Shown here: positions 1 through 6,877 of the stretch, one piece after another
Position numbering within the stretch: position 1 is the stretch's first letter
How the letters are laid out: every line of letters starts with the position of its first letter
NCBI RefSeq assembly: GCF_006345805.1
Contig: NW_021826782.1
Coordinates: 1-12,084, forward strand
DNA from: Octopus sinensis
Lineage: Eukaryota
Direction: 5' to 3'
DNA: 12,084 nucleotides
The notes under the pieces: model-generated
Told to the model about the DNA's origin: nothing
The model's database searches: none
Seen by the model: only the letters and a program-made list of their open reading frames with translations
Made by a program: the position numbers and the translations under genes

Positions 1-180
1 TTTGATGTAAACTGATATCAACGAGAGTTATATTTCTTGTCACATCTTAATTAAGATTTACTAACCTGATATTTCCGGACTCCATAGAATTTAAGTTTTT
101 GTTTTCAAAACGAGTTCATCCGAATTTATTATCATATAAGTCAAACACAACCAGAACCGAGGAAATCCTTTCATAAACAT

Positions 181-231
181 ATTATATATATATATATATA
201 AATTATATATATATATATTAATAATAATAAT
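181..231. repeat. (TA)n then (AAT)n microsatellite
   Basis: Directly visible tandem repeats. Confidence 0.9.
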
Positions 232-819
232 AAAGGGTGAAATTAATTAATTTGGAATAATCATTAATTTCACCAAGTAGAGTTCGGCATGTAAAAGCCC
301 CACTCAAGGAAGGTTTAAGTAATACTATGTAATTATGGGTTTAGCAACGATTTGCCTCACCACACACCGAATTTAGAAATAGCAGTCAAAGAGTTTTGGC
401 TATTCTTTCTACTTAAAAGGGAGATCCCAGTAAAACCACAGCACTTAAAAGGCAAACAACGCAGGCAAAAGAGAAAAAAATGACGACAATCATTCTATAT
501 TAAGTCACTTATGGACGTACGTTTCGGAATTAAGTCATAGGAAAGCATAAAAATTAAATAATTATGTCTTACCCAACTAGTTTCCTCTTCAGCGTAGGAT
601 TCTTCAATTATAAATAATTGCGTCTCAATTATTAATAATTGTGTATTAAATTTGAAGGCACTAGAATACATCACCTCAACTCATGGTATCAGAGCGAGCG
701 TAAGCCAATACCAATACCACCAACTTAAGTAGAAAGAATAGCCAAAACTCTTTGACTGCTATTTCTAAATTCGGTGTGTGGTGAGGCAAATCGTTGCTAA
801 ACTCTTAATTACTTAGTAT
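232..819. mobile_element. Putative non-autonomous fold-back/MITE-like repeat between TA microsatellites; family unassigned
   Basis: Long inverted arms, a left-end hairpin (236-274), TA repeats on both sides, no coding capacity. No clear TSD can be read because the flanks are microsatellite. Confidence 0.4.
322..819. repeat. Long inverted repeat: arms 322-416 and 725-819 (inner 78 bp perfect), 308-bp spacer
   Basis: The reverse complement of 339-416 (gtttagcaacg...ctacttaa) is identical by hand alignment to 725-802 (ttaagtagaaag...gctaaac). The match extends about 17 bp further outward with 3 mismatches. Confidence 0.95.
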
Positions 820-963
820 ATATATATATATAATATATATAAGATAAGCAACAATTTAGATTCAAATGAATATGGTACTTGATTTAGATGCACCAGAGTT
901 TTATATGGTGTTACTCATACACATTTGCGTGGTGATTATAATCAAAAATAAGCAAGAATTACA

Positions 964-1234
964 CCGCTAAGTGACGGGGACATAAACACACCAACATCGG
1001 TTGTCATGCAATGCTACGGGGGACAAACACAGACACACAAACATACATGCACACATACATACATATACATATATACGACGGGCTTCTTTCAGTTTCCGTC
1101 TACGAAATCCACTCACAAGGCTTCGGTCGGCTCGAGGCTATAGTAGAAGACACTTGCCCAAGGTGCCACGCAGTGGGACTGAACCCGGAACCATATGGTT
1201 GGTAAGCAAGCTACTTACCACACAGCCACTCCTG
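964..1234 (-). mobile_element. tRNA-derived SINE, family 1 (octopus OR-like), 3'-truncated
   Basis: Minus strand: A-box-like TGGCTGTGTGG (1228-1218), B-box GGTTCAGTCCC (1185-1175), then a CORE-like ACCTTGGGCAAGT motif and an internal (TG/TA) tract. Related partial copies at 1422-1473, 2969-3006 and 3313-3358. Family naming is from memory. Confidence 0.85.
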
Positions 1235-1421
1235 TAATCAAGCTTGAAATACCTCTGCCTCTGAGGAGAATCGTATTGTTTTCATTCCTTCTGTCTAACA
1301 TAATCCCTGGTTCGATTTCCACTCATTTATTGTTTATAATTTTTCTTCCCAAATGTTCGTTGCTTTTGCAGCATTTTTGAATATCAGTTTTATATTCAGG
1401 AAAAAAAAAATTATGATGTTT

Positions 1422-1473
1422 GTGGGTGTGTGGTATACGAACTACATGGTTCTGGGTTCAGTCCCACTGCATG
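1422..1473 (+). mobile_element. SINE family 1 head fragment
   Basis: 1445-1470 (catggttctgggttcagtcccactgc) matches the reverse complement of 1170-1195 at 24/26 and includes the B box. Confidence 0.7.
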
Positions 1474-1484
1474 ATACATACATA

Positions 1485-1490
1485 TATCTA

Positions 1491-1566
<76 letters not shown>

Positions 1567-1589
1567 TTCTCTCTCTCTCTCTCTCTATT

Positions 1590-1620
<31 letters not shown>

Positions 1621-1663
1621 TATATATATGAATTATATATATGTTATATATATATTATATATA
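1485..1663. repeat. Compound microsatellite (TATC)n-(TC)n-(TA)n
   Basis: Directly visible. Confidence 0.95.
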
Positions 1664-1671
1664 TGCACACA

Positions 1672-1834
1672 CAGGTGGTGGATGGTAATGATGATGCTGA
1701 TGATGGTGCTTCAGTTGGGATGATGAAGATGATGATGGCGGTCGTGGTGGTGGTGGTGGCAATTTTGATAATCATGGTCGTGATGGTGGTGGTGCTGATG
1801 ATGATGGGGATCATGTCGATGATGATGATGGTCA

Positions 1835-1865
<31 letters not shown>

Positions 1866-1881
1866 GTTGCTGCTGCGGCTA

Positions 1882-1914
<33 letters not shown>

Positions 1915-2008
1915 TGACCACCACCACCACTACTACTACTGCTGCTGTTGCTGCTACTACTAGTGCTACTACTATTACTACTACTACCACTACCACCACC
2001 ACCACCAT

Positions 2009-2046
<38 letters not shown>

Positions 2047-2187
2047 TGATCACCACCACCACTACTACTACTGCTACTACTATTACTACTACTAACACTA
2101 CCTCCACCACCACCACCACTACCACCGCTGCTGTTACTGCTGCTGCTGCTGCTTCCCATCCTCCTCCTCCTCCTCCTCCTACTCCTC

Positions 2188-2220
<33 letters not shown>

Positions 2221-2221
2221 T
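1672..2221. repeat. Compound trinucleotide array: (GTG/GAT)n then (CTA/CCA/CTG/CCT)n
   Basis: Directly visible. It explains the poly-S/T/V/L ORFs of the track. Confidence 0.95.
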
Positions 2222-2557
2222 CGTTAATAGCATCCACATGTCGGCAGCGTTTCTACCGCTGCTGCTTACCTATTATTATACTTTCTGCTGGTCTCTCACG
2301 AACAAACTAAACTCTTCTGTCTACATTTACAACTATAAAGCACTAATGATGGGTAGGTAACTTAGCAAGCACAGAGTCGAAAAGATAAATAAAATTGTAC
2401 CCCCCCCCCTCAAAAAAAAAAATAACGGTTTGATAATTATTGTTCTATGTAGTACCATGGCACGTGTTTTTGCGTCTGGAATACAATAACTTTATCAGAA
2501 TTTCGGACCTAAAGCGCAAAACCCACAGCAATTTCCATTTAATATTCCGTTGTGTAT

Positions 2558-2775
2558 AAGGCGGCAAAATGGCAGAGTCGTTACAACGCCGGACGAAATG
2601 CCGAGCAGCGTTTCGTTCGTCTTTACGTTTTGTGTTCAAGTTCTGTCGTGGTCGACTTTGCTTTTTATTCGTTCCAGGGTCGGTGAAATAAGTATCTGTT
2701 GAGCACTTAAGTTGATGTTATTAAATTAACCCCTTTCTTGAGATTGCAGGTCTTGTACCAAAATTTCAAACAATA
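2558..2775 (+). mobile_element. tRNA-derived SINE, family 2 (Meta/Sauria-domain-like body), near full length and diverged
   Basis: A-box-like TGGCAGAGTCG (2570-2580), B-box-like GTTCAAGTTC (2634-2643), then GGTCGACTTTGC...GGGTCGGTGAAATAAGTA, which aligns with the minus-strand copy at 4808-4956. Superfamily label is from recall. Confidence 0.8.
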
Positions 2776-2968
2776 ATAGTGCTGTGTATTGGTAGCGTTA
2801 TGATGCAGACCTGGGGCAGATAGGACATGTCATGCAAGAGGTTGTGAATGGTGACGAAGATTTTCAAATCAACCTTGACAAACTTAGCTGATTGGTTGAC
2901 CGAATGGTTTACCAAACAATCGATTAGTTCATTGGTTAAATTTTCAACCAATTGACAAATCAATCAAT

Positions 2969-3006
2969 GTTGTCAAGCGATGGTGGGGCGAAAAACACAC
3001 ACACAC
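2969..3006 (-). mobile_element. SINE family 1 internal/3' fragment
   Basis: gttgtcaagcgatggtggggcgaaaaacacac resembles 1000-1030 (gttgtcatgcaatgctacgggggacaaacacag). Confidence 0.55.
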
Positions 3007-3062
3007 ATTATATATATAGATATATAATATATATATATATAATATATATATATATATATAGA
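3007..3062. repeat. Imperfect (TA)n microsatellite
   Basis: Directly visible. Confidence 0.9.
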
Positions 3063-3231
3063 TATTAGGAGAGTTTGCGAAAAAAACAAAAGACGAAGAC
3101 CGGTGGTGTACAAAACAAACAGATGATGTATTTGTATAACGTCAGGAATAGAAAAGTCTTTAACGTTTCGAGCCCACGCTCTTCTACAGAAAGGGACACA
3201 GAAAGAAACAAGGAGAAAAAATGTGTACATA

Positions 3232-3235
3232 TTAT

Positions 3236-3309
<74 letters not shown>
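3232..3309. repeat. (TA)n microsatellite, about 35 perfect units
   Basis: Directly visible. Confidence 0.95.
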
Positions 3310-3312
<3 letters not shown>

Positions 3313-3316
<4 letters not shown>

Positions 3317-3358
3317 GTTGGAAAGAAAGCTACTTTCCACACAGTCACTCCTGCACCT
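3313..3358 (-). mobile_element. SINE family 1 5' head fragment
   Basis: 3315-3353 matches 1196-1234 at 35/39 and stops at the (TA)n tract. Confidence 0.75.
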
Positions 3359-4090
3359 ATTATTGTTATTAAGTTTACACTAGTGCTGCTCCGATCAAGC
3401 AGAGTTTTGGCCAAAGCGCTCGAGACTATCAAAATCTCAGGAGAACATTTTTGGGATTACATTAATGAACGCATAATCCTTTTTTTTAAAGACATAAACC
3501 TATTTTTTGAGAGAGAATTTGAGGCTATTTTAATCAGATCAAATTAATACGTTAGTGATTCATCATTATCTTCCACTCATTTGTAATGTAGGCGATCATA
3601 TCGGCAACGGGAAAACTTTTGATGATGCTATATTTTCGTTACATCTCAGTTCTTATATTTAAGAATTCGACTTGTTATTTACAAACCATATGTGATGGCG
3701 TAAAAGACGCATCCTACTTTTACCAGTACATAGTTATTTAGTGTATTGAAGCTTATAGGAAACCCAACTGCGCACATAGCATCCGCGTTGGCATTTGCTT
3801 TTCTTTTAGACACGTTTTGGAAACGAAGTTCGGCGTATATGTCATTAAATGTCGCTCTTAAGGAATAAAAATCTTTTATACTTAAGGAATCTTTGAAATA
3901 ATTACTAGAAAGCTATTGTTATTCGTAGCTTTGGACGCTTCAAAATTCCTTTGTGAACCTAATATCACCATTTTCTAACATAATTTATAAGATAATTTGC
4001 TTTATGTCGTATGTAGGAAGCCGATGTCTGTGATTTTTTCAACGTCTTTTAGAATGCTAGGAGAAGGGAATAAATTTATTCTTAGGAGAA

Positions 4091-4476
4091 TTGACTGGAA
4101 TTGTTACTAAAGATGTCCAAGGGAGAGTTGGTGTCACTGAACTGGGAGATAGATGAATCTAACCGTTAGAAAAGCCCCATAAATCCTTAAGAAATCTCCA
4201 TTCAGTTTCTGTTAAACCAAATTTCACTCATAAGTTTTTGGACGATTCGCAGTTTTGACAGAAGATACTGGCCGAAGGTACCGTGCTCTGTGATTGATCT
4301 CGATGCACATAGGTACCAAACAAAACAATTCTCAAAACCTATTGTCTAAACGTTTAACCAAAATAAGTCCCTAGCCATCAGTGTGAATGTGTTTTGTGAC
4401 GACAACCAAATGTGGGTTATGTGAGAAATTTTACACCACTTACATACTTTTGTCTCCTCTAATGCTGATTGAGACA
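4091..4476 (+). repeat. Local triplicated segment, copy A (order X-Z-Y, 5'-truncated)
   Basis: Aligns colinearly with 6438-6827 at roughly 90% by hand alignment. Confidence 0.95.
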
Positions 4477-4807
4477 TATTTTTTCAGGGGCTCTTAATTT
4501 GTTATTTCGTTGTGTACACCCCCAAATCTTATATGGACAGGCAGGAGCCGTACAGACCCTGACTAAGAACCACTGAGCTAGCGAAAGACCGATGTGACAA
4601 AGACCCAAATCTTCATTGCGCCGGGTAAGTTACCGGACTTGGATGGATGGAATTAAGTTAGTCCGGATTTTTATAGCTTTATTCATCTGTATGCTTTTAT
4701 TGCTCTAAATTACTTCGGCTAATTTAGTGTATTAATTCATCCATTCTAAATAGTCCAACTAAAATTTAACGTTTTATTGCTTGAACTATCTCTACTACCC
4801 TTAACAC

Positions 4808-4956
4808 AATTATTTCTACTCTAGGCACAAGACTTCGAAAATTGTACTTATTTCATCGACCCCAAAAGGATGAAAGTCAAAGTCGACCTCGGCGGAGTTT
4901 GAACTCAGAACGTAGCGGCCGCTAAGCATTTCGCCTGGCGTGCCAGCTCACCTCTT
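4808..4956 (-). mobile_element. SINE family 2 copy with internal deletions
   Basis: Minus-strand B box GAGTTCAAACTCC (4906-4894). The GAGGTCGACTTTG...GGGGTCGATGAAATAAGTAC body aligns with 2648-2696. It is shorter than the 2558-2775 copy at several internal points. Confidence 0.8.
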
Positions 4957-5355
4957 TCTACTGCCCTTATCGCAATGAATCCATACATTGTTTGGTGTTG
5001 AACGTCGAAACTTTTATATAATAAGCATTGAAAGAGTAGTCTCTATAACCGATTGTTATATACGGTAGAATTTATTTTACTTCGGTTGATAAAAGACGAC
5101 GTCTCTTCGAAGAAATAATAACGTGTTTCAACGAACGATCTGATATCAAGAATCTCTCAAAAGCAAATGCAAAGAAAAAAAAAAAGGAAAGAAAATGCCA
5201 TATCCCATGTTTGTTTTCTGTAAATAAGAGGCCATGTGTTAAATGAAATAAAATCGATATTGATGTGTTTTGACGTTGAAGACGAATAATAAAAAAATAA
5301 ATCTTGTTTATTTGATACAATCGGTGATATCCAATCAGATTATTACATTGAAAAA

Positions 5356-5561
5356 GAAGCTGCTGTAGCTTAGGAAGGTGTAAAACCTAAATTAACACCA
5401 ATATGATGTCTCAGTCAGTATTAGAGGCGACAAAAGTACGTAAGTGGTGTAAAATTTCTCACATAACCCACATTTGTTTGTAGTCACAAAACACATTCAC
5501 ACTGATGGCTAGGGACTTATTTTGGTTAAACGTTTAGACAATAGGTTTTGAAAATTGGTTT
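5356..5561 (-). repeat. Triplicated segment, copy B part Y (inverted)
   Basis: Reverse complement aligns with 4322-4476 and 6668-6877. Confidence 0.95.
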
Positions 5562-5652
5562 CTAAGACTGAAGCAACGTGAAATGAAAAGCTTAATCCAG
5601 GGACATAAAGTTTTACTTAAACTAGAAATTGAACCCATCACATTATGGTTAG
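5562..5652 (-). mobile_element. Degenerate SINE relic (family 3 central part) inside X, copy B
   Basis: Minus strand reads GGGTTCAATTTC (B-box-like, 5636-5625) then TGTCCCTGG...CATTTCACGTTGCTTCAGTC, resembling a cephalopod SINE body as I recall it. Not verifiable within the window. Confidence 0.45.
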
Positions 5653-5875
5653 ACTTGGCTGGAATTGTTGCTAAAGATATCCAAGGGAGATTTGGTGTTA
5701 CTGAACAGGGAGATAGATTAATCCAACCGGGAGAAAAGCCCCATAAATCCTTAGGAAATCTCCATTCAGTTTCTGTTAAACCAAATTTCACTCAAGTTTT
5801 TGGATGATTCGCAATTTTAGCAGTAGAGACTTGCCAAAGGTACCGTCCCATGTGCATCGGGATCAATTCCAGAGC
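5562..5875 (+). repeat. Triplicated segment, copy B part X (forward) plus inverted Z (5850-5875)
   Basis: 5562-5846 aligns with 6345-6629 (16 substitutions counted over the shared codons). 5850-5867 is the reverse complement of the 18-mer at 4293-4310 and 6638-6655, with one mismatch to each. Confidence 0.95.
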
Positions 5876-6004
5876 TCAGGACCACCGGCCTGACATGCGA
5901 AGCAGCCAAGAAACACGCCAATGACCGCAAAAAGTGGACAACAACTGTTGAGGCCCTATGCTCCACAAGGGGCAAAAAGGATTAAGAAGAAGAGAATAAT
6001 AATA
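5870..6004 (+). mobile_element. 5'-truncated RTE-clade LINE 3' end
   Basis: 5872-5985 translates ELRTTGLTCEAAKKHANDRKKWTTTVEALCSTRGKKD*. This fits the RTE ORF C-terminal pattern EL...G.TW..A...A.DR..WR..V.ALC and is followed by a (GAA)n/(AAT)n tail. Confidence 0.75.
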
Positions 6005-6041
6005 CAGATAAAACATTTTAAAATATATTATCAATTGTGTA

Positions 6042-6095
6042 GGACTTTTCACCCCCTCAAGTCACTAAGGTGTGTCTTGAGGGGGTGATTTGTCC
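6042..6095. other. GC-rich stem-loop (13-bp perfect stem)
   Basis: tcaccccctcaag (6049-6061) pairs perfectly with cttgagggggtga (6076-6088). GGAC/GTCC extend the stem after a 3x3 T mismatch. Confidence 0.85.
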
Positions 6096-6275
6096 GGAAG
6101 TTGTGACTAGATGAATGGCCATATATTTAATCTCTAATTGGACCATAGACTACAGCAAGCCCTCACTCGTAAGCGTTTGTTGCTTGGGAATAGGACCATG
6201 CTTTTTTAGGCACCTACGTAGTCACGAGGAAATATAAATACCCGATCGATCCAGTCACCTTCAACCCAACGACAA

Positions 6276-6638
6276 ATGAAGGATGTAACTCATGGGAGAA
6301 AGAGAGGGCAGCACCAGCAGCCAGCTGATGCTGAATCACAGCAGCTAAGACTGAAGCAACATGAAATGAAAAGCTTAATCCAGGGACACAAAGTGTTACC
6401 TGAATTAGAAATTGAACCCATCACATTATGGTTAGACTTGGCTGGAATTGTTGCTAAAGATATCCAAGGGAGAGTTGGTGTCACTGAACAGGGAGATAGA
6501 TTAATCCAACCGGGAGAAAAGCCCCATAAATCCTTAGGAAATCTCCATTCAGTTTCTGTTAAACCAAATTTCCCTCAAGTTTTTGGACGATTCACAGTTT
6601 TGGCAGAAGATACTTGCCGAAGGTACCGTGCTCTGTGA
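6276..6638 (+). CDS. 120-aa ORF of unknown and doubtful coding status overlapping copy C
   Basis: Non-repetitive ORF with TATAAA at 6233-6238, but no recognisable domain. It partly overlaps an antisense SINE relic. The B/C comparison gives 5 synonymous, 10 non-synonymous and 1 nonsense change, roughly neutral. Confidence 0.12.
   Translation: MKDVTHGRKRGQHQQPADAESQQLRLKQHEMKSLIQGHKVLPELEIEPITLWLDLAGIVAKDIQGRVGVTEQGDRLIQPGEKPHKSLGNLHSVSVKPNFPQVFGRFTVLAEDTCRRYRAL
6345..6435 (-). mobile_element. Degenerate SINE relic inside X, copy C
   Basis: Same as 5562-5652; B-box-like GGTTCAATTTC at 6418-6408. Confidence 0.45.
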
Positions 6639-6877
6639 TTGATCCCGATGCTCATAGGTTATAAAAAAAAACAATTTTCAAAATCTATTGTCTGAACGTT
6701 TAACCAAAATAAGTCCCTAGCCATCATCAGTGTGAATGGGTTTTGTGACGACAAACAAACTGTCGGTAATGTGAGAAATGTTTCACCAGTTACATACTTT
6801 TGTCGCTTCTAATACTGATTGAGACATCATATTGGTGTTAATTTAAGTTCTACACCTTCTTAAGCTGCAGCATCTTC
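6345..6877 (+). repeat. Triplicated segment, copy C (order X-Z-Y, longest)
   Basis: Aligns with copy A (4091-4476) and both parts of copy B. Confidence 0.95.

Noticed and set aside
417-724. TTAA-flanked spacer as a piggyBac or Kolobok insertion
   Set aside because: The spacer has no TIRs and lacks CCC...GGG or RR...YY termini. The paired TTAA follows automatically from the inverted arms.
1001-1237. ORFs of 61-78 aa over the first SINE
   Set aside because: They are antisense translations of a SINE and its internal microsatellite.
2262-2271. Minus-strand donor AG|GTAAGC beside a small GC hairpin (2242-2264)
   Set aside because: No convincing open exon or acceptor was found upstream on that strand.
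1353-2360. Long ORFs (92-197 aa) rich in S, T, V, L, YLSI
   Set aside because: They are stop-free frames of microsatellites with no domain or splice support.
3795-3870. Acceptor TTGCTTTTCTTTTAG followed by AATAAA
   Set aside because: All frames stop within ~60 nt, there is no good donor, and such motifs are common in AT-rich DNA.
5534-5791. Minus-strand ORFs (5534-5791, 6290-6484) over segment X
   Set aside because: No recognisable homology; one crosses the rearrangement junction; best explained as shadow frames.
6513-6530. GEKPHK as a C2H2 zinc-finger linker
   Set aside because: There is no preceding HxxxH or following CxxC.
4091-6877. Repeated segments as a CRISPR array or prokaryotic repeat system
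   Set aside because: The units are hundreds of bp with no repeat-spacer periodicity and no cas genes, in a eukaryotic context.
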